Source: an uncultured bacterium (lineage in GTDB: Bacteria; Verrucomicrobiota; Kiritimatiellia; RFP12; UBA1067). Taken from it: DNA of 64,000 bases. The position numbers and the translations under genes are program-made. The notes below the pieces were generated by a model. That model was not told the DNA's origin. It saw only the letters and a list, made by a program, of their open reading frames with translations, and made no database searches. Shown here in pieces: positions 45,941-55,642 of this stretch (positions are counted from its first letter, which is position 1; the number at the start of each line of letters is the position of its first letter). The stretch covers positions 15,105-79,104 of the forward strand of contig CACYCL010000142.1 in assembly GCA_902772905.1 (NCBI GenBank), read 5' to 3'.

Positions 45941-47898
45941 GGGACGTCGCCTTCAGCTGCGACGACGGCGGAGCCGACTTTCTCCGCACGGCGGTGTGGT
46001 CGCTCCTCGAACACTACGCCGGCGAGGAGCCGCTGAGAGTCAACGTGTTCGAGGGCTTCGGCGGGCACTCCGCCGCGCACAAGGCCGCGCTAGCCGAGGT
46101 GGTCGGGCGTTTCCCGAAGGCGTCGCTCAGGTATCACGACGTAGAGCCATTCCTCAAGCCATACCCCGACATAGTGAAGGGACGCGAGAACTCGCGGTGG
46201 AATGTTTTCACATGGACGCCCGTTTTCACGCCGCAGATAATATCCGACTCCGAGGGGACGGTTGTTCACTTCGACATCGACATGCTCTTCAACGCCGACG
46301 TGTCTCCTCTGTTCGAGATCGACTTCGACGCCGTGGGCGGACTCGTCGCCTGCGTGCACGAATACGACAGGTTCGGCGACAACGCGGGCAAGGTCATTTG
46401 GGAGAGCGGCATACTTCCGCCGGAGGCAGATCGGTACTTCAACACCGGCGTGTTGGTGTTCAACACCGCCGCGTGCCGAGAGGAGCGCACATGGGAGAAG
46501 ATCATAGATTGGTACCGCGCGCACTACGACATAGCCGACCGAATCGAGCAGGACGCATGGAACGCGCTTTACTGGCGGCGCACGGTGGCGCTGCCGGCGA
46601 AGTGGAACTTCCACGACCGCAACATGAAGGGCTACGCGAAGTGGAGTCCCTTCATGAAGTACTGGCTTGGCAACCCGCCGAGAGAGTGCCTTGAGGCCGC
46701 GCTCAATCCGGCGATACTGCATTTCTGGGGACCAAAGAAGCCATGGAAGCCTTCGCATCGCCCGTACCGCGGGCTTTACCACAAGGCGATGCGCGCCGTG
46801 GGCCTAAAGGTGCCGCGCGAGCAGCTGCTTGCGCCGTTCTACAACGCGGCGAACGCGGTCAACCTCTGGCGAATCCGCCGCAGGCTGGACCTCATGACGT
46901 TCAAGGCATCGCCGTTTCGCCCGCTGAAGGCCGTCAAGCACGCGCTGCTCCTGCCGTTCGAGTGGCTTGGCGTCATGCTGGGGGCGTTGGTCCTGTCGAA
47001 CGTTCCGCACAGGTGGATGCTCGCGATATGCGACGCCCTCTCGGCGGTGATGTACGCGTTGGACTGTCGCGGGCGCAGAATATCGCTTGAGAACCTCCGC
47101 ATAATCGAGGGCGTCGCGCCAATGCGCGGCTGGGCCGACAGGTTCGATCCCGACAAGGCGAAGTACGACCCGACGCGGCGCGAGAAGACCGTGATAAAGA
47201 GGTCGTATCGCAACATGGCGCGGACTATAGGGCATGTCTTCTGGACGCTCCGCTCCGCACGGCGGCGCGTGGCGGAGGTTGGCGAACTTGACGCTTCTTC
47301 GCGCGAGATGCTGGAAGGCAATTCGCAGGCAGTCACTGTTTCCGGGCACATCGGGTGCTGGGAGATACTTTCGCAGCTCGCGTTTCTCGCCGGCCACAGG
47401 ATGATGTCTGTAGCGAAGCCGATAGGCACAAGCGGCATGACGCGGCTTCTCATGCGCGCGCGCAGGTCGATCGGACAGGAGATCGTTCCCGCGAAAGGCG
47501 CGTCGAAGCAGCTCCTGGCAGGCGTCAAGGCCGGCAAGTCGCTCGGGCTTCTCGTCGATCAGGCGGTGTCTCCGCTGGACGGCGGCGTGTGGGTCAGGTT
47601 CTTCGGGCGGCCCGTGCCAGTCTCGGCCGCGCCGGCGTTCTTCGCCGCGAAGGCGAAGATGCTCATAGCAATAGCCTGGTCGCATCCGCTCAAGGACGGC
47701 CGCTACCGCTGCGAGCTGGTCGAGACCATTCCCGCCGCAGAGTCGCGCGAGATATGGACCACGACGCAGCGGTGCGCCAGCGCCTTGGAGCGCGTAATCC
47801 GCCGTCACCCGTCATGCTGGGTCCTGAACTACGACTGCTTCGGCTACTCGGTTCTGCCGATGGGGGAGGCGGAGCTTGCCCGCCGCGAACGCCGCTGA
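45937..47898 (+). CDS. Fusion protein with an N-terminal GT8 glycosyltransferase domain and a C-terminal LpxL/HtrB-like lipid A biosynthesis acyltransferase domain
   Basis: GT8 motifs are HFDIDMLF (DxD), YFNTGVLVFN, EQDAWN and HFWGPKKPW. The LpxL-like motifs are SGHIGCWE (H-x4-E) and LVDQAVSPLDGG. The GTG start overlaps the wecE stop. Confidence 0.7.
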   Translation: MRDVAFSCDDGGADFLRTAVWSLLEHYAGEEPLRVNVFEGFGGHSAAHKAALAEVVGRFPKASLRYHDVEPFLKPYPDIVKGRENSRWNVFTWTPVFTPQIISDSEGTVVHFDIDMLFNADVSPLFEIDFDAVGGLVACVHEYDRFGDNAGKVIWESGILPPEADRYFNTGVLVFNTAACREERTWEKIIDWYRAHYDIADRIEQDAWNALYWRRTVALPAKWNFHDRNMKGYAKWSPFMKYWLGNPPRECLEAALNPAILHFWGPKKPWKPSHRPYRGLYHKAMRAVGLKVPREQLLAPFYNAANAVNLWRIRRRLDLMTFKASPFRPLKAVKHALLLPFEWLGVMLGALVLSNVPHRWMLAICDALSAVMYALDCRGRRISLENLRIIEGVAPMRGWADRFDPDKAKYDPTRREKTVIKRSYRNMARTIGHVFWTLRSARRRVAEVGELDASSREMLEGNSQAVTVSGHIGCWEILSQLAFLAGHRMMSVAKPIGTSGMTRLLMRARRSIGQEIVPAKGASKQLLAGVKAGKSLGLLVDQAVSPLDGGVWVRFFGRPVPVSAAPAFFAAKAKMLIAIAWSHPLKDGRYRCELVETIPAAESREIWTTTQRCASALERVIRRHPSCWVLNYDCFGYSVLPMGEAELARRERR

Positions 47899-47900
47899 CC

Positions 47901-47930
47901 TTGCGGACTGCGAGCGATATGTGGTATAAT
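47901..47930 (+). promoter_or_regulatory. Promoter with extended -10 TGGTATAAT (TTGCGG - 18 - TATAAT) upstream of the metalloenzyme gene
   Basis: The sequence is ttgcggactgcgagcgatatgTGGTATAATcgca, immediately upstream of the ATG at 47935. Confidence 0.4.
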
Positions 47931-47934
47931 CGCA

Positions 47935-48798
47935 ATGTTGAAGATCGTCTTTCTATTCATCGACGGCGTTGGAATCGCCGGACAGGCGGCGGACAACCCT
48001 ATAAATGCGGAGGTGTGCCCGACGCTGTGGCGCCTTTTCTCCAGGCACGCCAAGCCCATCGACGCGTGTCTGGGCGTTGACGGCCCGCCGCAGTCCGCGA
48101 CGGGCCAGGCGACGATGTTCACCGGCGTAAACTGCGCAAAGGCGATGGGCAGGCACTGCGAGGGATTTCCCGGCCTCAAGCTGCGCGAGATGGTGCAGCG
48201 CGGCAACCTGTTCCTTTCGCTCCGCGAAGCCGGGTGCAGCGTGCGCTTCGCCGACGCGTATCTTGTGGATTCGGTCGAGGAGCTTTCCGCCCGGCGCTTC
48301 AAGTCGGTCACGACGGTCATGGCGCTCACCACGCCTGACGTAATCTGCACCGCGCAAGACCTGGCCGACGACAGGGCGCTCATGCAGGACCTCACGCGCG
48401 AGACGATACAGGACAGATACCCCGACATTCCGATCGTCGCGCCGCAGCGCGCCGCGGAGCATCTTTTCAAGATGGCGTGCGAGAACGACTTCACGCTGTA
48501 TGAATTCTTCCAGACCGATGTCGCCGGGCACTCGATGGACTACGCGCGCGCATGTGCGGTGCTGAGGGTCTACGACAACTTCCTGGCGGCTCTCGTGCGC
48601 AGCGTGGAGGCGGCGGGCATCACGCTCGTCATGACATCCGACCACGGCAACATAGAGTCGATATCGGAGCGCGGCCACACGCGCAACCCGGTGCCGTTCG
48701 TCGCGTTCGGCCCGAGGGAGCGCGCGCTGCGCGAGCGCGTCAACTCGCTGGTTGACGTGACGCCCGCGATACTGGCCGAGATGGAGACACATGGCTGA
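47935..48798 (+). CDS. Metalloenzyme-superfamily protein (alkaline-phosphatase-like core; iPGM/phosphopentomutase-related)
   Basis: N-terminal IVFLFIDGVGIAG and TSDHGN are metal-ligand motifs of the PF01676-type fold. The protein is 287 aa. Confidence 0.55.
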   Translation: MLKIVFLFIDGVGIAGQAADNPINAEVCPTLWRLFSRHAKPIDACLGVDGPPQSATGQATMFTGVNCAKAMGRHCEGFPGLKLREMVQRGNLFLSLREAGCSVRFADAYLVDSVEELSARRFKSVTTVMALTTPDVICTAQDLADDRALMQDLTRETIQDRYPDIPIVAPQRAAEHLFKMACENDFTLYEFFQTDVAGHSMDYARACAVLRVYDNFLAALVRSVEAAGITLVMTSDHGNIESISERGHTRNPVPFVAFGPRERALRERVNSLVDVTPAILAEMETHG

Positions 48799-48828
48799 AC
48801 TCAAGCAAAACGCAGAATGGAGTGCTGA

Positions 48829-49101
48829 ATGAAGAAAGCGATCATAACAGTTGTCGGCAAGGACACCGTCGGCATAATAGCCAAGACGAGCGCGTACCTC
48901 GCCAAGGCAAACATCAACATACTCGACATCTCGCAGACCGTAGTGCAGGACTACTTCAACATGATGATGATAGTGGACTGCGCGAAGGCGCGCCGTCCGT
49001 TCGAGGACGTCTCCGCCGACCTGGCCGAGCTGGGCCTCTCGCTAGGCCTTAAGATTCGCTGCCAGAAGTCCGAGATCTTCGAACGCATGCACAGGGTCTG
49101 A
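48829..49101 (+). CDS. ACT-domain protein, UPF0237 family
   Basis: 90 aa beginning [38 protein letters not shown]. It is paired with the downstream UPF0210 gene. Confidence 0.7.
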   Translation: MKKAIITVVGKDTVGIIAKTSAYLAKANINILDISQTVVQDYFNMMMIVDCAKARRPFEDVSADLAELGLSLGLKIRCQKSEIFERMHRV

Positions 49102-49105
49102 GCCA

Positions 49106-50473
49106 ATGATAACAGTTTCCGAAGTCAGCGAGACAAACAAGATGATTCTCGAGGAGAATCTCGACGTGCGCACCATCACGATGGGCGTGTCGCTCCTCGA
49201 CTGCGCCGACTCGTCGGTGAAGAAGACGTGCGACAGCGTCTACGCGAAGCTGCTGAGGCTCGCCGGGAAGCTTGTGAAGACCGGCGACGAGATCGGCCGC
49301 GAGTTCGGCGTGCCCGTGGTCAACAAGCGCATATCGATCACCCCGATGGCCGTTGTCGGCGCGTCGTGCTGCCGCAAGCCGGCGGACTTCGTGCGCCTCG
49401 CAAAGACGCTTGACCGCGCAGCCAAGCGGCTCGGCGTGAACTTCATCGGCGGCTACTCGGCCGTCGTGTCGAAGGGGATGACGCCCGCCGACGAAATGCT
49501 CATACGCTCGATACCGGAGGCGATGGCCACTACCGAGCGCGTCTGCTCATCGGTCAACGTCGGCTCGACGAAGACCGGGATCGACATGGACGCAGTGCGG
49601 CTCATGGGCGAGATCGTAAAGGAGACGGCGGCGAAGACCGCCAAGCGCGACTCCATCGGCTGCGCGAAGCTTGTGGTTCTCTGCAACGCGCCGGACGACA
49701 ACCCGTTCATGGCCGGCGCGTTCCATGGCGTCACCGAGGGCGACGCGGTCATAAACGTCGGCGTGTCCGGCCCGGGGGTCGTGAACCGCGTTCTCGCGAA
49801 CTCATGCCGCGGCGTCCCGTTCGAGGACCTCTGCGAGACCATCAAGCGCACGGCGTTCAAGATAACGCGCGTGGGGCAGCTGGTCGCGCAGGAGGCCGCG
49901 AAGCGGCTGGGCCTGCCGTTCGGCATCGTGGACCTCTCTCTCGCGCCTACGCCCGCCGTCGGCGACTCCGTGGCCGACATACTGAAGGAAATCGGCCTGG
50001 AGCATCCAGGAGCGCCAGGGACCACGGCTGCGCTCGCGCTGCTCAACGACCAGGTGAAGAAGGGCGGCGTGATGGCGTCGTCGTACGTGGGCGGGCTTTC
50101 TGGCGCATTCATCCCGGTGTCGGAGGACCAGGGCATGATCGATGCGGTGGACGCGGGCGCGCTCACGATCGAGAAGCTCGAGGCGATGACGTGCGTGTGC
50201 TCCGTCGGCCTTGACATGATAGCGGTTCCGGGCGACACGCCTGCGAGCTCCATCGCCGGCATCATCGCCGACGAGGCGGCAATCGGCATGGTCAACCAAA
50301 AGACCACGGCGGTTCGAATCATCCCCGTCGCGGGCAAGAAGGTCGGCGACCGCGTAGAGTTCGGCGGGCTTCTCGGCCATGCCCCGGTCATGGGCGTGTC
50401 GAAGTTCTCGTGCGCCGACATGATCGCCCGCGCAGGCCGCATCCCCGCGCCGATACACAGCTTCAGAAACTGA
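49106..50473 (+). CDS. UPF0210 (DUF711) family protein
   Basis: 455 aa beginning ...[15 protein letters not shown]. It forms the conserved UPF0237-UPF0210 gene pair. Confidence 0.7.
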   Translation: MITVSEVSETNKMILEENLDVRTITMGVSLLDCADSSVKKTCDSVYAKLLRLAGKLVKTGDEIGREFGVPVVNKRISITPMAVVGASCCRKPADFVRLAKTLDRAAKRLGVNFIGGYSAVVSKGMTPADEMLIRSIPEAMATTERVCSSVNVGSTKTGIDMDAVRLMGEIVKETAAKTAKRDSIGCAKLVVLCNAPDDNPFMAGAFHGVTEGDAVINVGVSGPGVVNRVLANSCRGVPFEDLCETIKRTAFKITRVGQLVAQEAAKRLGLPFGIVDLSLAPTPAVGDSVADILKEIGLEHPGAPGTTAALALLNDQVKKGGVMASSYVGGLSGAFIPVSEDQGMIDAVDAGALTIEKLEAMTCVCSVGLDMIAVPGDTPASSIAGIIADEAAIGMVNQKTTAVRIIPVAGKKVGDRVEFGGLLGHAPVMGVSKFSCADMIARAGRIPAPIHSFRN

Positions 50474-50478
50474 CGCAG

Positions 50479-51096
50479 ATGATACGCGTTGCGATAATAG
50501 ACGACCACGTGATCGTGAGGACCGGGCTGAGGTATCTCGTAGAGGCAGATGCCGAGCTGGCGCTTGCCGGCGAGTTCGGCGGCGGCGTCGGCGCGGTCGA
50601 CTTCTACCTTGCCGCGAAGCCGGATGTCACGCTTCTTGACGTTCGCATGCCGGACCGCGGCGGAATCGACGTTCTTCACGACATTCTCGCGGCGGACCCG
50701 GACGCGCGCGTCGTAATGCTCACGACGAGCGACGTAGAGGAGGATGTCTTCCGCGCGATAGAGGATGGCGCGCTCGGCTACGTCATGAAGGAGAGCCCTG
50801 TCGAGACCATCGCGGCCGCGATCCGCACGGCGATGGCTGGCGACGTGTACATGACCGACGACGTGCGGCGCATCTACGCGGCGCGCAAGTCCGCTAAAGG
50901 CCTTTCGGCACGAGAGTGCGAGGTTCTCGCCCGCGCCGGGCGCGGCGAGAACAACCGCGAGATCGCCGCAGCCATGGAGCTGAGCGAGAACACCGTGAAG
51001 ATGTTCATGAAGCGCGCGTTCTTCAAGTTGGGCGCAACTTCCCGCGCCGAGGCCGTTCAGCTGGCCGTTCGCCGCGGCCTGATACCTGCGGAATGA
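50479..51096 (+). CDS. Two-component response regulator, NarL/FixJ (LuxR) family
   Basis: I moved the start to the ATG at 50479 (MIRVAIIDDHVIVRTGL, the REC domain). The C-terminal LuxR HTH is LSARECEVLARAGRGENNREIAAAMELSENTVKMFMKRAFFKLG. The track's N-terminal extension overlaps the UPF0210 gene. Confidence 0.8.
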   Translation: MIRVAIIDDHVIVRTGLRYLVEADAELALAGEFGGGVGAVDFYLAAKPDVTLLDVRMPDRGGIDVLHDILAADPDARVVMLTTSDVEEDVFRAIEDGALGYVMKESPVETIAAAIRTAMAGDVYMTDDVRRIYAARKSAKGLSARECEVLARAGRGENNREIAAAMELSENTVKMFMKRAFFKLGATSRAEAVQLAVRRGLIPAE

Positions 51097-51106
51097 AACA
51101 AGCCGC

Positions 51107-51136
51107 TTGCACCGTTCACCTGCATTGTGGTATAAT
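51107..51136 (+). promoter_or_regulatory. Sigma70 promoter TTGCAC - 18 - extended -10 TGGTATAAT driving the pseudopilin operon
   Basis: The sequence is cTTGCACcgttcacctgcattgTGGTATAATcc, ending 10 nt upstream of the ATG at 51147. Confidence 0.5.
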
Positions 51137-51146
51137 CCACACTGAA

Positions 51147-52331
51147 ATGCGCAAAGCCTTTACACTCGTCGAGATGCTGATCGTCGTGGTGGTGCTCGTC
51201 ACCCTCATGACGATAACGTTCCGTCTCGGCGCAATCAACGAGACAAGTTCGCGGCGCAACACGACAGTCACGCGCCTCCAGAAACTAGAGAACTGCCTTT
51301 CCGGCTACTTCGCCGCGTTCGGCAGCTACCCGCCCGTCGCCCAGCACGGGTCGTACAACTTCTACCTCAGGGTAGACGACCACGGCATACAGAACCTCGA
51401 CGGCGACGAGAACACCAGCATCTTCGGCTGGGACCCCGATGCATTCAGGAGGGGGTCGCGCCCCACCGAGGAGATCGAGGCCTGGAACCAGGTGCAGGCC
51501 GCGTGCCGAGCACAGCCCGTCGGCTGCGCATTCCCGTTCCGCAAGGAGTTCAGCGACTTCGTGACCGCGTGGTCAGACCAGCTGAAGGAAGAGGCGGCCG
51601 ACTCCAAGTCGCTTACCCATGCGCAGAAGTCCATGTTCGCCGCAGGCTTTGACGACGGCATATCGCAGAACATCGGCCGCCACGCGCGATTCAAGGACAA
51701 GACGGACTGGCGCGACGTGCAGCTCTTCAAGTTCGGCTTGATGAGCTTTCTCCTGCCGCGCTACCTCATAATGATGGCCTCCGACGAGTCGCTCTATTCC
51801 GACTACGCGCAGTGGACGGGCAACAACTCGATGCCGTCCGACCCGCTCACGGGGCAGAAATACATTTCATGGCGCAAGGTGTGGGACGACGCGAACAGGG
51901 ACCGCGACACGACCGACTACGCCAGAGTCGCGAACATCCCGTCGCAGGCGGTCTGCGCGCGCTGGATGCCGAATCTGGAGGATTCCGTCTACACGCCGCA
52001 CTCTACGCTGTCGATCTTCGGCGTGGACATCGCGGACAACGAAAGCACCGTCGGCTTCAGCCTTTCGTCGACAGAGGTGCATTCGCCTGGCGGCTACGAC
52101 CAGTCTTCGACGTCTGGCCAGTATGTGCTCGACTTCTGCACGGTTCGCGACGGCTGGTGGGAGGAGTTCTACTACTATTCGCCGCCGCCGTACCAGACGT
52201 ACGTGCTTTGGTCTTCGGGTCCGAACAAGCGCACGTTCCCGCCGTGGATATCGCGCGACAGCCTTGATTCCAAGGCCAACCGGTGCGTCAGCGCCTGGAT
52301 CGAGGATGACATCGTTAACATGAGCCACTGA
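51147..52331 (+). CDS. Pseudopilin-like protein (394 aa) with a prepilin-type N-terminal cleavage/methylation motif
   Basis: Start MRKA|FTLVEMLIVVVVLVTLMTI has a class III signal with Ala at -1, Phe at +1 and Glu at +5. The track's longer ORF from 50916 overlaps the RR gene and was rejected. Confidence 0.65.
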   Translation: MRKAFTLVEMLIVVVVLVTLMTITFRLGAINETSSRRNTTVTRLQKLENCLSGYFAAFGSYPPVAQHGSYNFYLRVDDHGIQNLDGDENTSIFGWDPDAFRRGSRPTEEIEAWNQVQAACRAQPVGCAFPFRKEFSDFVTAWSDQLKEEAADSKSLTHAQKSMFAAGFDDGISQNIGRHARFKDKTDWRDVQLFKFGLMSFLLPRYLIMMASDESLYSDYAQWTGNNSMPSDPLTGQKYISWRKVWDDANRDRDTTDYARVANIPSQAVCARWMPNLEDSVYTPHSTLSIFGVDIADNESTVGFSLSSTEVHSPGGYDQSSTSGQYVLDFCTVRDGWWEEFYYYSPPPYQTYVLWSSGPNKRTFPPWISRDSLDSKANRCVSAWIEDDIVNMSH

Positions 52332-52345
52332 ATGGAGAGTTGAAA

Positions 52346-53023
52346 ATGGTAAATGCAAAGAGCTTTCGTCCGGCTTTCACGCTCATAGAAATGCTGGTTG
52401 TGATCGGCATAATCGCCGTGCTGATAGGCGCCTCCCTCGGCGGCTACTCGTCTATGACGAAGACGGCCGACCGCGCCCGCTGCCAGGAGGTCGTGTCCAA
52501 CGTCGCCACTGCGCTCACGGCGCTCTTCCAGAACGAGGGGTCGTGGCCTAAGCGGCTGGCGGAGAACGGCGCCACCGACGGCAAGCTCGACGAGAACGTC
52601 GCCTACGCGCTTGTCGCAAACGGCCGCAGCTACTTCTCCCTCACGAAGAGCACAGACGGCAGGTCCCTCGGCGGCCACGACAGGTTCGGCATACTCACGC
52701 CGTGGGCGCAGGCCGTCGTCAAGGCGCAGGGCACGGCGGCCAGCAAGGGCTCCAAGGTGGGCACCATGACAGTCGACGACCACATTCTGCACTACGCGCT
52801 CGACCTTGACGGCGACGGCAAGATCCTCGGCGCAAGCGTCGGCGGGCAGTCGGTTGACGTGCGCGCGACGGCCATAGTGTGGTGTGGCGGCAAGGACGGC
52901 GTCATCGACCCGTACCCGTACGCGAACGGCGGAGGCGGCGGCAAGGGTTCGTCGTCGAAGGGCGGCACGCGCAGCGACGACGTGTACAGCTGGACTCCGG
53001 CGCAGACGAGGGACGTGCAGTGA
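52346..53023 (+). CDS. Pseudopilin-like protein (225 aa)
   Basis: MVNAKSFRPA|FTLIEMLVVIGIIAVLIG. A GGAGAG RBS lies 8 nt upstream of the ATG at 52346. Confidence 0.65.
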   Translation: MVNAKSFRPAFTLIEMLVVIGIIAVLIGASLGGYSSMTKTADRARCQEVVSNVATALTALFQNEGSWPKRLAENGATDGKLDENVAYALVANGRSYFSLTKSTDGRSLGGHDRFGILTPWAQAVVKAQGTAASKGSKVGTMTVDDHILHYALDLDGDGKILGASVGGQSVDVRATAIVWCGGKDGVIDPYPYANGGGGGKGSSSKGGTRSDDVYSWTPAQTRDVQ

Positions 53024-53637
53024 AGCGAGGTTTTACCATCGTAGAGCTGATGATGGTGGCAGGGATCATCATCGTGCTAATGGGCGTCGTCACAACGGCG
53101 GCGGCGCAGTCGATTCGCGCCTCGCGCAGCCGTCGCGCCGATGCCCTCTGCAACCTCGTGAAGGCCGGCATGAACGCCTACTATGCGAGGTACGACGAGT
53201 GGCCCGGTTCGATAGGCTCGAGGATTTCGAGCGGTTCGCTCGGCGGCGGCTCCAACAACGAAGGGGCGAGCGGCACCACCGACAACGACAAGTACGTGCT
53301 TTCGGGGAGCGAAGTGCGCAGCTGCGTGAAGGCGCTCGTCGACGAAACGAAGAACGGTTCGCCGGTGATGGACATATCGGGGCTTTTCGTGTCGCGCTTT
53401 CCGGGCGAGATATCTGGATCGGCGAGCGGCGGCAAGGGTTCGTCGTCGGTGCGCGTGGCCAAGGCGACGGGCATGGACTTCATGTCGGCCATACACGGCA
53501 CGCGCACTTCCAAGAAGAAGATGTCTACCTCCGAGATGTACTTCGGCTATCCCGATCCGGAGACTGGCTACTTCCTGAGATTCAAGATGGTCTATTCAAT
53601 TCCCACCGACCAGTTCTCGGTCACTAAGCAGAGGTGA
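53020..53637 (+). CDS. Pseudopilin-like protein (205 aa, GTG start overlapping the upstream stop)
   Basis: (M)KRG|FTIVELMMVAGIIIVLMG. The GTGA overlap indicates translational coupling. Confidence 0.55.
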   Translation: MKRGFTIVELMMVAGIIIVLMGVVTTAAAQSIRASRSRRADALCNLVKAGMNAYYARYDEWPGSIGSRISSGSLGGGSNNEGASGTTDNDKYVLSGSEVRSCVKALVDETKNGSPVMDISGLFVSRFPGEISGSASGGKGSSSVRVAKATGMDFMSAIHGTRTSKKKMSTSEMYFGYPDPETGYFLRFKMVYSIPTDQFSVTKQR

Positions 53638-53639
53638 AG

Positions 53640-54548
53640 ATGAACAGGGCGTTTACACTACTTGAGCTGCTAGTGGTCGTGGGCATCATGGGCCTTCTCG
53701 GCACGGTGTCCGTCGGCGGGTACATGCAGATGCGCCGCGGCATGGAGGAGAAGGGCGTCATACAGGATGTCAACACCCTGATCCGGGCGGCGTACCAGCG
53801 CGCGCAGGTCGACCGGCAGCCTACGGCCGTTGTGTTCTGGAACGAGACGCTTCGCGGCGACAGCGACGTGGACGGGGAGAACATGCTGGTGGTAGGCCAC
53901 GCCGTCGCGATCCGCAGGTCGGGGCGCATAACCGAGGTGAGCTCCAACTTCCTCATCGACGAGTTCGCCGACCTTGCGCTGACGTATCAGACCGACGACG
54001 GCGACGACGGCAGCTCCGGTTCGACCGACGCCGGAATGTACATATATCCGCTTGACAACCTTTCGGACGTGGAGCAGAGCTCCGCGATACGCCGCTCGCT
54101 GGTAGAGACCAAGGTATACGCCCAGGTGCGCACTCCGGTGTACCTGACGGGGCCGAAGTCGGAGAACGTTGCTTCGTCCGCTAGCGGCTCTGGTTCGTCT
54201 GCCGCGACAGGCCAGATTACGGTATATGGCTTCAAGATCAAGAGTTCCAACGGCGTAAGCTGGAAGCCCGGCATGGCGTACGGCATGGAGTTCGCGCATC
54301 TCGTTCTGCCGCACGGGTACTTCTTCGGTTCCAACTACTCCACGTCCACGACCGATCCGATACGGGAAGCTGGCGCGCTGGCCTTCGACGTCGGCAAGAA
54401 CACGGGCAACGGAATGGTGTCTGGCAACCAGGGCGGGCTCATGAGCCGCACGAGCGTGCAGATCACGGCGTTCCGCCTTGGCTCTTCCGGAACGCTGGAG
54501 CCGAAGTCGATTGGAATGTCGGCTGACCCGACGAAAGAGATGAGATGA
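53640..54548 (+). CDS. Pseudopilin-like protein (302 aa)
   Basis: MNRA|FTLLELLVVVGIMGLLG. A GAGGTGA RBS precedes it, and it starts 3 nt after the upstream stop. Confidence 0.65.
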   Translation: MNRAFTLLELLVVVGIMGLLGTVSVGGYMQMRRGMEEKGVIQDVNTLIRAAYQRAQVDRQPTAVVFWNETLRGDSDVDGENMLVVGHAVAIRRSGRITEVSSNFLIDEFADLALTYQTDDGDDGSSGSTDAGMYIYPLDNLSDVEQSSAIRRSLVETKVYAQVRTPVYLTGPKSENVASSASGSGSSAATGQITVYGFKIKSSNGVSWKPGMAYGMEFAHLVLPHGYFFGSNYSTSTTDPIREAGALAFDVGKNTGNGMVSGNQGGLMSRTSVQITAFRLGSSGTLEPKSIGMSADPTKEMR

Positions 54549-55090
54549 TGAAGAAGGCTTTTACATTGATTGAGGTCAACCTCGCCATGCTGATCATGGC
54601 GGGCGGCATACTCTCCATCGTTGGGCTTTACGCATTCGGCTTTCGCGAAAACCGCCACAGCCGGGAGGACGTCGCAGCCACCACGCTAGCCGACAGCGTG
54701 ATATCTCCGCTCGTTATGGCGATCAGCGCGACGAACCTGAAGTGGAGCGTCTTCCGCCAGGAGAGGTTCTTTCCGAGCGAGAGGGCGTGGGGCGACTACG
54801 TGAACAGCAAGGGCGTCGTCACGCAGAATCCCGAAAGCCGCGCCGAGGGAGTGTTCAGCTCCACGATGTCGTGGATAAGCGGCGCCGCGAAGGGTCCGCT
54901 CAACGTAAAGACGGCTTTCCCGTCTGCGGCGCTCAACGGCACGGGCATGAGCTGCGGTCTCGTTGTGCAGCACGACGAAGACTCCGCCGTGGTCAGGATA
55001 TCGTTCAGGGCGACGCGCCTGCCTGGCGAATTGCTGTCCATGCCGCTTTTCTACACCGAGGTCAGGTTCCAGGGCCTGCCGGACGAATAG
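54545..55090 (+). CDS. Minor pseudopilin-like protein (181 aa, GspI-like in size and N-terminus)
   Basis: MMKKA|FTLIEVNLAMLIMAGGILSIVG. The ATGA overlap with the upstream gene suggests coupling. Confidence 0.6.
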   Translation: MMKKAFTLIEVNLAMLIMAGGILSIVGLYAFGFRENRHSREDVAATTLADSVISPLVMAISATNLKWSVFRQERFFPSERAWGDYVNSKGVVTQNPESRAEGVFSSTMSWISGAAKGPLNVKTAFPSAALNGTGMSCGLVVQHDEDSAVVRISFRATRLPGELLSMPLFYTEVRFQGLPDE

Positions 55091-55096
55091 TGTGGA

Positions 55097-55642
55097 ATGC
55101 AAATGCAGAATGCAGAATGGAAGATTGAAGTGAAGAAAGGCTTTACCATAATAGAGTTGCTTGTGGCATCCCTTCTTCTGGGCATGCTCGTGACGATTCT
55201 TACGATGATCTTCAACCAGTCGTCGATAGCCTGGCGCACGGGCGTCGCAGGCGTCGCCGACCTAGACGACATACGCGACAACGTAGCCGAGCTGCGCGAG
55301 GAGGCCGACAATGCGTTCATTGCAAGCCCTGGCGGCAGCTACCAGCTGTTCAGGCACGTAGGCCTGTGGGATTCCCGAGGCAGGCTGCGCGACCGCGCCT
55401 GCGACGCTCCGGGAAGCGAGGTTCAGTCCGAGGGGAGCGGAAAGCTACGCGCGAACATTCTGCGACAGAACCTCTCCGTGTCGGCATCGACCCGGCTTGA
55501 CAGCATTATTCCGTACAACGTCGGCAATGCCGGCAACCCCCGTTCCGTGAAGAACTACTCCGTGAACGTGATGAGCGCCGGTCCCGACAAGACGTTTGAC
55601 ACATGGGACGACATTTGGAGCTGGCCAGATGACTTTGAATAG
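55097..55642 (+). CDS. Minor pseudopilin-like protein (181 aa)
   Basis: ...EVKKG|FTIIELLVASLLLGMLVTILTMIF. Confidence 0.6.
   Translation: MQMQNAEWKIEVKKGFTIIELLVASLLLGMLVTILTMIFNQSSIAWRTGVAGVADLDDIRDNVAELREEADNAFIASPGGSYQLFRHVGLWDSRGRLRDRACDAPGSEVQSEGSGKLRANILRQNLSVSASTRLDSIIPYNVGNAGNPRSVKNYSVNVMSAGPDKTFDTWDDIWSWPDDFE

Noticed and set aside
50916-51146. N-terminal extension of the first pseudopilin ORF (track start 50916) overlapping the response-regulator gene
   Set aside because: The extension is Arg-rich and out of character. The ATG at 51147 follows a clear promoter and yields a canonical prepilin N-terminus. Similar upstream extensions were rejected for 38372, 39550, 43610, 50410, 52340, 55596 and 60963.
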